Positions 49,653 to 60,494 of a DNA stretch of 64,000 nt are shown in pieces. The notes beneath the pieces were generated by a model. The model did not search any database, was not told the origin of the DNA, and saw only the letters and a program-made list of their open reading frames with translations. The stretch is taken from assembly GCA_963827685.1 (NCBI GenBank), contig CAWHBU010000002.1, positions 896,001 through 960,000 of the forward strand. Direction: 5' to 3'. Source of the DNA: an uncultured delta proteobacterium (lineage in GTDB: Bacteria; Desulfobacterota; BSN033; UBA1163). The translations under genes were made by a program, and so were the position numbers. Position 1 is the first letter of the stretch; each line of letters begins with the position of its first letter.

Positions 49653-51311
49653 CTATTCCATTACCTTCCTACGTTCCTCTTCTCGCATCTCGCGTCTCAG
49701 CATCTTCCCTACCTTCGATTTAGGCAGCATATCCCGAAATTCAATATAGGTAGGAACCTTGTATGGGGCTAACCGATCCCGGCACCATTTCATGAGCTCG
49801 TAACTGCTCACACCTCTCACATCTGTCTTAAGCACGACAAAGGCCTTGATTCGCTCACCCACACTCTCATCTGGAACACCTACCACACAGGCGGCGAGCA
49901 CAGCATGATGGGCCTGGAGCACTCTTTCCACTTCAGCAGCGGCAATTCGATAGCCTTTATGTTTAATCATATCCACGGATCGGTCCATGAAGAAGAGCCA
50001 CCGATTCTCATCCACACGAACAATATCTTTTGTTCGATACCAGATTTCACCATCGATATTCAAAAAGCATTCGGCCGTATCCTCAGGTTTATTCCAATAA
50101 GCTTTGACCCCATTGTCACAGGTTCCTATTAGTTCTCCAGGCTCTCCGGGTGGGACTTTCTTAAGGGTTTCAGAGTCCACCAGTTTAAACCGATCCGTGG
50201 GCAAGATTTTCCCTGCTGAACCCTCTGGTGGAATTCCATCTTTGGCATAAGAGAGCGAAATGGCTCCGCACAGTTCCGTCGCTCCATAGCCCTGGTATAA
50301 AGGGATGTTGAACCTCTTAAGCCACCGATTCCCTACCTCAACCGGCATGGCATCGCCACCTGTTCCACAATATCGAAGGGAACTGAAATCGTAGTAATCA
50401 ACTCGGTCATGCTCCAGAATCATTCGGTACATAGCAGGAACGGCAAACATATTTGTTGCTCTATATCTTTGAATATGATCAAACAGAGCATCTAAGACAA
50501 CCCGGGGCAACAGGATGACTGTCTCACCACCCACAATCAAAGGGGATAAAGCATCCATTTCACCGATGATGTGGTAAAGGGGAGCGGAGGACACGGTGAT
50601 ACATTCTCCCAATGGAGTAACCCCTTCACTTGCACTTCTCCACTCGAGCGCTCTTTTGAGAAAGAACTGTTCAGAAAGAGGAACGCCCTTTGGAAACCCA
50701 GTGGTGCCACCTGTGTAAAGCATGAGGGCTGTTCTGTCCTCATCCCTCTTTTGAAAAGGAGGGAGAGAGGAAGGACGGCCTTCCTTTAAAAGTTTATTAA
50801 AGGAGAAAAAATCCTTCCCCAAAGGAATCTTACCCTTCGGAACACGATCGAATCCTTTGCCAATAAGCCTTTTCCACCAGGGAACGAGATCGATCATATT
50901 GGTTACAATGACCCTTTTTAATGGGGTCTCAGGAAGAACCTCGACCACATAACTGAGGTTTGTATCCATGCACACAATCGTCTCAGCTCCACTGTCTCTA
51001 GCCAGATACTTGAGATCCTCAGCCGTATAAACAGGTGCCACCATGATCGGTATCATACCGAGACGCTGAACGGCTAACCAGGCGATGACGGTTTGAGGAA
51101 GATTATAAAGGTTCAAAATAACACGATCATCTTCCCCAATCCCTAATTGATGTAAGGATGCAGCAAATTGAAGCACCAGCTCTTTCAGTCCAGAATAAGG
51201 ATACCTTTCTCCAAGATGGATGAGTGCTGTCTTATTAGGATTTTTTTTTGTCGCCTCTTCAAAAGAACCATAAATGGTATCGGCAAGTAACTCCATCGGC
51301 TCCACCCTCAA
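49653..51311 (-). CDS. AMP-forming acyl-CoA ligase
   Basis: YTGGTTGFPKG, GYGATE, LPKSKVGK. Confidence 0.93.
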   Translation of the reverse strand: MRVEPMELLADTIYGSFEEATKKNPNKTALIHLGERYPYSGLKELVLQFAASLHQLGIGEDDRVILNLYNLPQTVIAWLAVQRLGMIPIMVAPVYTAEDLKYLARDSGAETIVCMDTNLSYVVEVLPETPLKRVIVTNMIDLVPWWKRLIGKGFDRVPKGKIPLGKDFFSFNKLLKEGRPSSLPPFQKRDEDRTALMLYTGGTTGFPKGVPLSEQFFLKRALEWRSASEGVTPLGECITVSSAPLYHIIGEMDALSPLIVGGETVILLPRVVLDALFDHIQRYRATNMFAVPAMYRMILEHDRVDYYDFSSLRYCGTGGDAMPVEVGNRWLKRFNIPLYQGYGATELCGAISLSYAKDGIPPEGSAGKILPTDRFKLVDSETLKKVPPGEPGELIGTCDNGVKAYWNKPEDTAECFLNIDGEIWYRTKDIVRVDENRWLFFMDRSVDMIKHKGYRIAAAEVERVLQAHHAVLAACVVGVPDESVGERIKAFVVLKTDVRGVSSYELMKWCRDRLAPYKVPTYIEFRDMLPKSKVGKMLRREMREEERRKVME

Positions 51312-51469
51312 TCTTAACTTGATATTGCTCTAATCCAACAGGTTTGGGATATCAAATCCCAAATCCCAAATCCCAAATAAATTCCAAGCTCCCATTCCAA
51401 ATCGTAAGACGAAAGGGTTAGAGAGTTTAAACGCTATGCGCCATGCGCTCTGCTCTTTGCCCTTAGCCA

Positions 51470-52222
51470 CTAAATTCCCAGATAGGCCGATTTGACTTCA
51501 GGATTATCAAATAGCTCTTGTCTCGAACCTTCAAAGACAAGCATTCCGTTCTCTATCACATATCCCCGATCGATGATAGGCAGGAGGGTCCTGGCAAATT
51601 GTTCGGTCACAAGTACTGTAATACCCTGGACGCGAATACCCTTGATCGCCCGAGCCAGGTCCGCTTGAAGGAGAGGGCTTAATCCGAGGAGTGGTTCGTC
51701 CATGAGCAACAACCTCGGTTTGGCGACCAGTGCAATGCCAATGGCGAGCATCTGCTGCTCTCCTCCGCTCAGCAGCCCTGCTTTTCTCTTTTTCATTCCT
51801 TTTAAATGTGGAAAAAGTTGGAAAATGAAATTAATTCTTTCCTTGACCTCATGTCTCTTGTGCAGATATCCGGCGATTTTCAAATTTTCCACAACATCGC
51901 TATCACGGAAGATGGGGTGCCTCTCCCGACTGAGGACAATTCCTCTTTTCACCCTTTGAGTTGGCTTCATGTTAAGAATATCTTCCCCTTCAAACTCCAA
52001 TTCACCGAGCACACTGATTCTCTCGCCACCTCTGCGGTCCTCTTTTTTCTTCATGTCAATAATCAAGCCAGAAACTGTATTCATCAAAGTAGTTTTTCCA
52101 GCACTGTTGGACCCGAGAACCCCTACAATTTCACCCTTCCGCACCTCCAGGCTGAAGTCATTCAGGGCAAGGGCATTTTCAAAGAATACCATGAGATTTT
52201 TTACAGTGAGCATGAGTTCCAT
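51470..52222 (-). CDS. LIV-type ABC ATPase (LivF-like)
   Basis: GSNSAGKT, LSGGEQQM, DEPLLGL. Confidence 0.9.
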   Translation of the reverse strand: MELMLTVKNLMVFFENALALNDFSLEVRKGEIVGVLGSNSAGKTTLMNTVSGLIIDMKKKEDRRGGERISVLGELEFEGEDILNMKPTQRVKRGIVLSRERHPIFRDSDVVENLKIAGYLHKRHEVKERINFIFQLFPHLKGMKKRKAGLLSGGEQQMLAIGIALVAKPRLLLMDEPLLGLSPLLQADLARAIKGIRVQGITVLVTEQFARTLLPIIDRGYVIENGMLVFEGSRQELFDNPEVKSAYLGI

Positions 52223-52321
52223 TCTCTTTATTCAAATCCGCCCTTTCCCCCTTTTTCTAAAGAGGGGTCGCCGCCGTCCAAAGCCAGACTATGACGCCGG
52301 ACGGTTTGTAGGATTATTAAT

Positions 52322-53092
52322 TCAACCTATCTCTACTTCGATCCCGAGATATGCCTTCTTGACGGTTTCGGTGCTCATTACCTCTTGAGGAGATCCATCA
52401 GCGATCTTCTCGCCAAAGTTCAATACCATCACTCGGTCGACGACCCGGAAAAGCTCTTTTAATCTGTGCTCGATCATGATGATCGTCAAACCTTCTTCAT
52501 GGAATTTTTCAATGAGAGGCAGCGTGCTTGCCACCTCAGACATGGCCATTCCGGAGAAGAGCTCATCGAGGATCAAAAGGTCCGGACGAAGGGCCATCGC
52601 GCGAGCCAGATCAAGGCGTTTCAGGTATCCGTGGGGAAGGCTACCGGCTAATTTATAGGGCACAAAAGAATCTCGCTCAAATCCCATATCATCTAAGAGA
52701 TCAACGGCCACATCATCCCTTTCACCATATTTACCTCCCCTGAGTTTCTTCACCCTTGAAGAAGACAGAGGAATAACGAGATTTTTATAAGCAGGAAGAT
52801 TATAAAAGAGCCTTACCATCTGAAAGGTCCGGGAAATGCCGAGACCAGCTATAGTATAAGGTTTTTTGCCCGCAATATTTTCTCCTCGATAGATGACTCT
52901 GCCTGAATCAGGTTTGACAAACCCTGTGATCAAATTGACGAGCGTGGTCTTTCCAGATCCATTCGGTCCGATAATTCCCAAAAATTCTCCCTGACGGAGT
53001 GAAAAACTAACGTCGTGAACCGCTTGGACACCACCAAAATGTTTCCTAAGTCTTTCAACCTTTAAAATGGTTTGGTCTTCCGTTTTACCCAA
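52322..53092 (-). CDS. LIV-type ABC ATPase (LivG-like)
   Basis: GPNGSGKT, RTFQ, IEH. Confidence 0.9.
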   Translation of the reverse strand: MGKTEDQTILKVERLRKHFGGVQAVHDVSFSLRQGEFLGIIGPNGSGKTTLVNLITGFVKPDSGRVIYRGENIAGKKPYTIAGLGISRTFQMVRLFYNLPAYKNLVIPLSSSRVKKLRGGKYGERDDVAVDLLDDMGFERDSFVPYKLAGSLPHGYLKRLDLARAMALRPDLLILDELFSGMAMSEVASTLPLIEKFHEEGLTIIMIEHRLKELFRVVDRVMVLNFGEKIADGSPQEVMSTETVKKAYLGIEVEIG

Positions 53093-54137
53093 CTCTCACC
53101 AACCTCTCAAATTGGTGGTATTTTCTCTCGATATAATGGAAAATCCCTTCTGGCAAAGCGATTACACTTAAGATCAGAATGAAACAGTAAAGGGCTATTC
53201 TTAGCCCACCTAAGGCGCGGAGGGCTTCGGAAAGAGGCACGAGAATCATACTCCCCAGGGCTGGGCCAGCAAAAGTGCCGGGCCCTCCCAGTGCTGAAGC
53301 AGCGAGTGGTAAAATTGAATAATCCAGAGCAAAGACACTCATGCCCACAAACTGATACTGATGGGTCATAAAGGCACCGGCAAATGCACCCACTGCGCCA
53401 GCGACAAATAGTGCCTGAGCCTTTCGCCAGTATATATTAATCGCAGCACTCATCACAGCACGATCATCATCTCGAATGGCTTTCAACACCAAGCCATAAT
53501 CCTCGTTAATGGCTCTTCGAAAAACAAAAAGGCAGACTAAGAAAGCCCCCACGGCGAGGTATATGGCAACCCATTCATTGGGGAAAGGAGCGAGAGAGGA
53601 AAGTCCATGGCTCCCCCCAACGAGCCCAGTCGTCTCAATCATCTTCATAAAGAGTAAAGGCATCATGAGAGTGACCATTGCAAAGTAAACACCTCTCAAT
53701 CTCAAGACTGGCGAGAGTAAACCAACGCTCAGGAGACCTCCACCTAAAACAGCAATAGGGATGGTAAAGATCGGTGACCAATGAAAGTAGTAACTGAGCG
53801 TACCCGCTACATAAGCGCCGATGCCGAAAAACAATGATTGCCCAAGGGAAAATAATCCACAGGAGGCTAAGAAATCCCAGCTTAAAGCAAGGAGACCAAT
53901 CATACAGGAGTAAATGATAACTTTGTTCCAGTACCCTTTGAACAATAATGGTAGAACGAGCAATAGGATGACGGGCAAGGCCCTGGGCAGAAGCAAATAG
54001 AGGATCTCTCTATAAGAAGCAATGGCGAAAATAGTATCCGCCCTTGCTTTGATCCCTCGGTCTAACCTTTTTTTACGATACCTGGCTTCGACTTCAGCCA
54101 CTTCAAATCCTTTCTTCGAGCTCCTTAAACTTACCAA
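53085..54137 (-). CDS. LIV-type ABC permease (LivM-like)
   Basis: SLGQSLFFGIGAY, LRGVYFAMVTL. Confidence 0.9.
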   Translation of the reverse strand: MVSLRSSKKGFEVAEVEARYRKKRLDRGIKARADTIFAIASYREILYLLLPRALPVILLLVLPLLFKGYWNKVIIYSCMIGLLALSWDFLASCGLFSLGQSLFFGIGAYVAGTLSYYFHWSPIFTIPIAVLGGGLLSVGLLSPVLRLRGVYFAMVTLMMPLLFMKMIETTGLVGGSHGLSSLAPFPNEWVAIYLAVGAFLVCLFVFRRAINEDYGLVLKAIRDDDRAVMSAAINIYWRKAQALFVAGAVGAFAGAFMTHQYQFVGMSVFALDYSILPLAASALGGPGTFAGPALGSMILVPLSEALRALGGLRIALYCFILILSVIALPEGIFHYIERKYHQFERLVRVG

Positions 54138-54978
54138 AAAGACCTGAAGGTCTAATGACTAAGACGAAGATGATCGCAACAAGAGGTACAATGATCATCC
54201 ATTTTGCACTGAGGAACTTTGCCGTAGCCACCTGACCAAACCCGAGGATGAAGCTTGCCACAATGACTCCTGAGGTGCTCTCTAATCCGCCTACGATAGC
54301 TACGGCCAAGGCATAGATCAGGACTTCATAACCGATAGCTGACTCCATGAGTCCCATTGGTAAAATGACAATGGCAGCTACCCCTGCTAAAGCTGAACCA
54401 AAGGCTAAGCTCAGAGAACCTATCCAATCGGACTCGATGCCCACTGAAAGAGCGGTACGTTCGTTCTGGGCCATTCCTCTGAAAGCCAATCCAATCTTGG
54501 TATGATGAACAAAGAGCCATAGAAGGACAACCAAGACTACTCCAGTTCCGATCACAAACAGACGTTGATAATCTACTGCTACACCTTTTATTTCCACACC
54601 CCCTTCCAAAAAGAGAGGTAGGCTATATTGAATGCCGTAAAAACCCTTCCACATCAAGAGCTCTAAAATGGCTACTCCCGCTGCAAAAGTGACAACGAGC
54701 TCAGCAAGCGGTATCCCTCTCACACGGAGCAGTAGTCCCCAATAGATGCCAAAACCAATAAGCCCTGAAATGATTATAGAGAGGAGGGCTGACAAGAAGT
54801 AAGGCAGTTCTACCTGGTTTAGAAAAGACCAAGCAATAAAACCACTAAGGATGTAGAGGGCTCCATGAGCAAAATTGGCAAGTCCACTGATGCCGTAGGT
54901 TAGGCTAAATCCGGCAGCGTAAAGAGCAAGAACAACACTACTAATCGTTCCATAGATCAGGAGCGACATTTCTCTCAA
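54103..54978 (-). CDS. LIV-type ABC permease (LivH-like)
   Basis: GFSLTYG..NFAHG, RPSGLFG. Confidence 0.9.
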   Translation of the reverse strand: MREMSLLIYGTISSVVLALYAAGFSLTYGISGLANFAHGALYILSGFIAWSFLNQVELPYFLSALLSIIISGLIGFGIYWGLLLRVRGIPLAELVVTFAAGVAILELLMWKGFYGIQYSLPLFLEGGVEIKGVAVDYQRLFVIGTGVVLVVLLWLFVHHTKIGLAFRGMAQNERTALSVGIESDWIGSLSLAFGSALAGVAAIVILPMGLMESAIGYEVLIYALAVAIVGGLESTSGVIVASFILGFGQVATAKFLSAKWMIIVPLVAIIFVLVIRPSGLFGKFKELEERI

Positions 54979-55066
54979 CCTTTCTTAATTTTCTAACGAG
55001 AGGTGCCTTTTTTAAAGAGGGGGTGGCCAATTTCATTTTGGATTTGTTCACCCCCTCTTCAATGCT

Positions 55067-56350
55067 TTACTTCTTCATCCAGGGAGGAAGCGCTACTTTT
55101 CCTTCAGCTAAGAAGGCGGGGTAAATCGGTACCCTTTTCCCTTTTTGCCACTGGAAGACGACACATACCCCTGTCTCTTCAGGGTTTGAACCAAAAACGA
55201 TAATATGGTCCTTGTTGAATCTCAGCCTTCCCGACACTCCCCTGTAATCAGTCTGCTCGAGGGCCGTAACGAGCTTATCCGGATCGAGACTCCCTGCACG
55301 TTCAATGGCTGCCGCGAGAATATAGACCGAATCATAGGCGGATGAGTTGACAGCGGCTGCCTCAGGGGCCTTCCCATATTTCTTTTGGAATTTATCGAGA
55401 AACTCCACTGTCTTAGGTAACTTTTTTAACGGAACCGAAGCCCCGACTGGGAACTCCACCTGGATGCTATATTCAATATCCTTTCCGAGAGTCTTCCACG
55501 CATCTGCTGCGGCCATGGGGGGAACAAAGCCTACGACAAGGGAAGGCACTTTCATCGCAGCCCATTGTTTGCTAAATATCCCTGCGCCAAGTGGCACATC
55601 CCATACCATCGCAATGACTTGAGCCTTTCCCTCTTTGGCTTTTGTAAGTCCAGGTGAAAAATCGGTAGCACCGGCTGCATAGGGCTCATACCCCACCTCT
55701 TGCCAGCCCGTTTTTTCACAGTATTTTCTCAGCACTCCGATAAAGCCTAGTGCCCATAAGGTATCCTGAGGAATAAAGTAGACTTTGTTGAGGCCGAAGT
55801 CCGCTTTGAGGGCATCCAACGCTCCCGAAATATACCCCGCATCAATAGCAGCATCCGTGGTAACTCGAAACAGGTACTTATACTTCTCTGGGTCCGTCCT
55901 GAATTTAACCTGAAACTGAGGGGTTTGGGCAATGGTTTGAAGCTGGGGCACTTTGTATTTGGCCACCAGATCCATACTCGCAATGATGGCCTCAGAGCGG
56001 AAAGGAGCGATCACAACTGCATGAGGCTTTTGCTCCAAAAGCATTTTTTCATAAGCCATGAGGGAATCATGAATTGGAGTTGTAGGTTCGCCATCTCTGG
56101 TATCTGTAACGACCACTTTAATCGGTCGTTTCTCATTCCCTACCAAAACCCCTCCTTTCGCATTGATTTCCTCAACGGCCATGTTTACAGCCTTCAAGCC
56201 ATCCCTTCCAAAAGGCGTATAGATTGAGGTTGGCACTCCGACGATAATAGGTTCTGCTGCACTTGCAGAAACGGTGGATATTCTAAAAATGACTGAAAAA
56301 CTTACTCCGACAACCGTAGCTAGAAGAATTAATAATATCTTATTTTTCAT
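55067..56350 (-). CDS. LIV-type ABC substrate-binding protein
   Basis: Signal peptide, AVEEINAKGG, AYDSVYILA. Confidence 0.9.
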   Translation of the reverse strand: MKNKILLILLATVVGVSFSVIFRISTVSASAAEPIIVGVPTSIYTPFGRDGLKAVNMAVEEINAKGGVLVGNEKRPIKVVVTDTRDGEPTTPIHDSLMAYEKMLLEQKPHAVVIAPFRSEAIIASMDLVAKYKVPQLQTIAQTPQFQVKFRTDPEKYKYLFRVTTDAAIDAGYISGALDALKADFGLNKVYFIPQDTLWALGFIGVLRKYCEKTGWQEVGYEPYAAGATDFSPGLTKAKEGKAQVIAMVWDVPLGAGIFSKQWAAMKVPSLVVGFVPPMAAADAWKTLGKDIEYSIQVEFPVGASVPLKKLPKTVEFLDKFQKKYGKAPEAAAVNSSAYDSVYILAAAIERAGSLDPDKLVTALEQTDYRGVSGRLRFNKDHIIVFGSNPEETGVCVVFQWQKGKRVPIYPAFLAEGKVALPPWMKK

Positions 56351-56659
56351 TAGCCCACCTCCTCTGAAAAATTTTGAACACGAACTTTTCTTCCAACTCT
56401 TTTCACCCACTCACCCACCTCCTTTCTGAAAAATTTAGTGGAGCGAGTTTTAGCAGTTTGGGTAATCATTGTCAATGTTTCTACCTGGGATAACGGCCCG
56501 GACTTCCCTGAAGGTCTCCTGCAAGATTCCTCGCCGACACGGGTTGAAGAAATGGATGACAGGGATCTCCCCGAGCTTCTTGGTTATGAAGAAAGAAGGT
56601 CCCCACGCTGTTAATGGTGAAGGATACTTTATCAATAGAAGACCTGCCTTGTCAAGATT

Positions 56660-56850
56660 TGGATTGATTTAGGAACTGCCATCAAAATGGCTACTGAAAA
56701 TGGAAGGAAGCTGTTCCCAGAACTGATCGGGAGAATTGTTCAAGATCAACCTGCCAATCTTGTACTCTTTCGATTTAAGGAAGAGATAACGTTTGAAAGG
56801 ATTTTTTTGATGGGCAAAGAGATCCAGCGCCCCGCCCCGGAAACTAAACA
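56660..56850 (+). pseudogene. C-terminal fragment of an amidohydrolase (NagA-like)
   Basis: IDLGTAIKMATENGRKLF..GRIVQDQPANLVLF resembles the amidohydrolase C-terminal A..NPA..G.I..G..ADLV pattern. Confidence 0.4.
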
Positions 56851-56857
56851 ATGTGAA

Positions 56858-57003
56858 ATAACCAAATTCCAAGCACCAATAATCAAATAATGACCGAAAT
56901 TTCACTAAAATTCAAAAATAAGACTGATTAAAATGTGTTTTGGTCATTTGGACATCTGGTAATCGGATTTTATCGGGGTTTTGGGATTTGGTTATTGGAA
57001 TTT
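56858..57003. repeat. Heptamer-periodic inverted-arm element
   Basis: AATAACC AAATTCC AAGCACC AATAATC ... TTGGGAT TTGGTTA TTGGAAT. Confidence 0.75.
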
Positions 57004-57007
57004 CTGA

Positions 57008-57862
57008 TTAATATACAATTCCTGCATAACCGACAAAGCTGTTGTCCGGGAGAATATCATAACTGGTGTAGTAATCGAGGAGTACCCCCTTTTCACCCCC
57101 CAAAGCTTTGCAGGTAGCCATGGCAGAGAGGGCTGCCCCGGCACTGCAGGCGCTATCATTTTCCAAGGCATGTTTCAGGAGGCCTTCTGCATCCATCCTT
57201 AATGCCCGATCAATAAACCCCTTGTCATTTTCCTTCTTCACCCACTCCACAGAAGCCGGACCAACCCCTTTACTCAAAAACCCATAATTAGGCCCATAGT
57301 GAGTTAAATCAGTGGATCCAACCGCAAGGATGGAAATTCCTTCCTTTTTTGCAATCTCAGCCACTTCTCTCCCCAGTATTTCGGCTTTAAGAGAAAGAGG
57401 TGATCGGAGGGCAACAAGTTTTGTTTCCGGAAAAAAATATTTCACCATGGCCAGCTGAATTTCAATGGTATTATCCCCGCTGGTTGGAGCCTCCTTTTTC
57501 ATCTCAAGGCTTTTCATCAGGTTTTTTACAAAGCCTATATGAGTTTCGATATCGCCGATTGGGGTCTCACAGGCCTCTTCTGTCACAATCCGGGGAAGAT
57601 CTTCAGCAGAAAGATGGCCTCCATAGAGGACAACCACCTCAGCCTTGCTGTTCAATTTCAGGGTATAGAAGACTCTTGCAGCAAGCCTTCCGGAAAAGTA
57701 CCAACCCGCATGAGGGACAATTCCCCCTAACCCTTTACTTGAAGGGAGCTGAGGGGGCGTCCACCCCTCTAAATAGGATTCGATCTCTTTCTTACAATCC
57801 TTTCCATCAAAAGGATACCAGCCCCTCGGCAGGATTCTTTTTCTTCGGTTCATAGCTATCAC
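57008..57862 (-). CDS. amrB: AmmeMemoRadiSam system protein B (MEMO1 family)
   Basis: VPHAGWYFSG, STDLTHYG, FVGYAG. Confidence 0.88.
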   Translation of the reverse strand: MIAMNRRKRILPRGWYPFDGKDCKKEIESYLEGWTPPQLPSSKGLGGIVPHAGWYFSGRLAARVFYTLKLNSKAEVVVLYGGHLSAEDLPRIVTEEACETPIGDIETHIGFVKNLMKSLEMKKEAPTSGDNTIEIQLAMVKYFFPETKLVALRSPLSLKAEILGREVAEIAKKEGISILAVGSTDLTHYGPNYGFLSKGVGPASVEWVKKENDKGFIDRALRMDAEGLLKHALENDSACSAGAALSAMATCKALGGEKGVLLDYYTSYDILPDNSFVGYAGIVY

Positions 57863-57951
57863 CTCATAATTTGAGTAATGAGTTCGGAGTTCAGAGTTCG
57901 GAGTTTCAAAATAAAAAGACTCCGAACACCGAACTAAATTACTCCGAACTA

Positions 57952-59910
57952 TTATATTCTTTCCAGCGCGGGCATGCCCATCAGGTTGAGCATATTCCCC
58001 AATACTTTTTGAAATGCCGCGACCAAGGAGAGACGGAAGGTTTGAATTCCCTGATCCCGAAGATGAATAAATGGAGTCTGGACATCGGCCCCCGGATCAG
58101 GATGTTCGTAAAAATTAGTAAAAGATGTCGCCAGATCAAAGGCATATTCTGTCAATTGAGAAACCCTTAATGTTTTTCCAGTTTTGGCGACAACCGAAGA
58201 AAACCTCGATAGCCCATCCAGGAGGTCTCTTTCCGTCTCAGTCAATCGTTTGGGAATACAATCCCCTCTCCATTGAAGATCGATCTTCCGTTCCCTGGCT
58301 TTTCTCAGGATACTACATGACCGGGCATGGGCATATTCTAAATAGACTCCTGTATCTCCTGTCGTCTTCAGGGCCTCATCAAAATCGAAGACAATCTGAC
58401 TCTCTAATGTGAATTTCAGCAAATAGTACCGGATGGCCGCCGAGGCTAAAGCAGAAGCAACCCTTTCTTCCAAAGGATGATCTGCCTTCTCGATCACCTT
58501 CTGCTTCACCATCTGGATAAAATCCTTTGCCTTCACCCCTGTCCCGGAGCGGCCTGACATGGCGTAGGTCTTTTTCTCCTCTGTCTCCTCCATTCCCAAA
58601 AGTCGGGCAGCCTGTAGAGAAAGGTTGACCACCTCATAGGCCAGATGGACGGATTGGTTCGCCTCTTTCACGAAACCCATCTGTCGAAGGCACTCAACGA
58701 CAACTTGTTGAGGATAGCTCTGTCTGGTATCAATCACATTGATGACCATTTCCGCATAGGCAAATTTTTTTGAAGCTCGATCCCCTGGCTCACCATCTCC
58801 AGCGGTCGTCCAGAGGATTTCTCCATTGGCTTGGGGTCCCCAGCGTTTATATAAAAAATCTTTCCTGAGAAGACCAAACTTCCAGAGTTGATACGCAACA
58901 TCCTTCCCTGTGTAGGTCACGCTCCCATTTGACCGAACCAGTATCTTATCCAGACTCTTCATTCCTTCGGCGGTCTCGACAATGCCGCCGAAAGGAACCA
59001 CCCAACACCCCTCATTCGGACCCTCTGTTTCAAATCGAAGAGACCCTTTCCCTTTCAGGATCTCGAACGTAGCCTCCCAGAACCCCCGGGCAATGATATC
59101 TGACTCCCAGTTGAGAAGATCGTAGAAGATAGAGAGCTGAGTTACGGTGTCCAGATGAGACCGAACAATCTTTGTTGCCAATTCTTTAGCAAACCCAGCA
59201 ATGGGATCGATTCCTCCCTCGATCTTATGGAGAACCTCCTCCCTTTTCTCAAGGAGGGCTGGGTTCTTCTCAAGCTCGCCCTGGAAGCGGGCATAAAGAT
59301 CCCAGCAGAAATAATCAAAAGGTTGATCTGCCGAAACTTTTTTCCAGATTAATTTGAAATCAGACCCTTCAGTATAGGAAGGGCGATCCAGATAAAGAAG
59401 GGCCGTTACCACATCCACCACCTGGAGACCCGTATCATCGATGTAATTACAAACCTCTGTTGAAAAACCAAGCCATTCAAGAACCCTGGCTACCGTGTCT
59501 CCTAAAACCGAATTCCTGAGGTGACCAATATGCATCGCCTTGTTAGGGTTCACACTCGTGTGCTCAATAAAGACCTTTTGCCTCAGTGGCGAAGCAGGCT
59601 TTCCGAAAAGCTCACCTTCCTGAAGGATTCGGGGAATGAGGTCTTCAGCCAATGCCGGCCAATCCACCTTGAAATTGAGGTACCCGGGAGGAGAAACACC
59701 TATCTCTTGAATATAAGGCGGAGGTTTAGATTTCAACCGCTCCGCCATTTCCTGAGCTATTTTCATGGGAGATTCCCTTCTCTGCTTGGCCATGGACAAA
59801 CAGACGGCACTGGACAAATCCCCCAACTCCCGCTGAGGGGGCACATTGAAAGGCATCTCTTCAATATTCAAAAGTTCCCTTAATGCTCTGGCAACCCCTT
59901 CTCTGATCAT
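57952..59910 (-). CDS. argS: Arginine--tRNA ligase
   Basis: EHTSVNPNKAMHIGH, MSGRSG, YLEYAHAR, C-terminal DALR domain. Confidence 0.93.
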   Translation of the reverse strand: MIREGVARALRELLNIEEMPFNVPPQRELGDLSSAVCLSMAKQRRESPMKIAQEMAERLKSKPPPYIQEIGVSPPGYLNFKVDWPALAEDLIPRILQEGELFGKPASPLRQKVFIEHTSVNPNKAMHIGHLRNSVLGDTVARVLEWLGFSTEVCNYIDDTGLQVVDVVTALLYLDRPSYTEGSDFKLIWKKVSADQPFDYFCWDLYARFQGELEKNPALLEKREEVLHKIEGGIDPIAGFAKELATKIVRSHLDTVTQLSIFYDLLNWESDIIARGFWEATFEILKGKGSLRFETEGPNEGCWVVPFGGIVETAEGMKSLDKILVRSNGSVTYTGKDVAYQLWKFGLLRKDFLYKRWGPQANGEILWTTAGDGEPGDRASKKFAYAEMVINVIDTRQSYPQQVVVECLRQMGFVKEANQSVHLAYEVVNLSLQAARLLGMEETEEKKTYAMSGRSGTGVKAKDFIQMVKQKVIEKADHPLEERVASALASAAIRYYLLKFTLESQIVFDFDEALKTTGDTGVYLEYAHARSCSILRKARERKIDLQWRGDCIPKRLTETERDLLDGLSRFSSVVAKTGKTLRVSQLTEYAFDLATSFTNFYEHPDPGADVQTPFIHLRDQGIQTFRLSLVAAFQKVLGNMLNLMGMPALERI

Positions 59911-59967
59911 TTTCTTCCTGCTGATATCTATGAGTTACGACTTAGATAAATAGAAGTATTTTAGTCT

Positions 59968-59995
59968 CGATAGACGGGGTTTTCCAACCCCGTCT
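59968..59995 (+). repeat. REP (GATAG + hairpin), left of RAYT
   Basis: CGATAGACGGGGTTTTCCAACCCCGTCT. Confidence 0.8.
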
Positions 59996-60004
59996 TGGTG
60001 GGAT

Positions 60005-60478
60005 TTATTCCGCCATCCTAAAATATTTATCAAAATCAGTTTTTTCCCCATATCCCATGGAACTATAATGATAGCTTTCCGGACATGTCACCATACCCTT
60101 TCTCACCGGATTATCTTCTATGTATTTCATTCTACCCAATACCTTCTCTTCACTATCAAGTATGTAATCATAAAAACCATCTTGCCAAATTGAACCCTTC
60201 CTATCCAATAAAGAATTTATCCGTCTTGCTGAAAATCCCTTAATCGATTTCATACATTCCGAAATATTCTTATCCCTCGGAATTAAAATTAAATGCATAT
60301 GGTCAGGCATTATAACAAAGGACAAAAGATAATACCATCGCTGTTTTCTTCCAAACAAGATAGCTTCCAGCAGAATATCAGCTGTCTTAGATTCTTTAAA
60401 TATTGGCTCTCTATGAAGCGTAACGGTTGTAACTGTATAAGGGTAATCTTTGATATATAGGTGTTTTAATTTTGGCAT
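60005..60478 (-). CDS. REP-associated tyrosine transposase (RAYT, HUH Y1)
   Basis: TTVT, FVIMPDHMHL, WQDGFYD, YIEDNPV, YSS. Confidence 0.9.
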   Translation of the reverse strand: MPKLKHLYIKDYPYTVTTVTLHREPIFKESKTADILLEAILFGRKQRWYYLLSFVIMPDHMHLILIPRDKNISECMKSIKGFSARRINSLLDRKGSIWQDGFYDYILDSEEKVLGRMKYIEDNPVRKGMVTCPESYHYSSMGYGEKTDFDKYFRMAE

Positions 60479-60494
60479 ATTTTCTATTTTTGAT

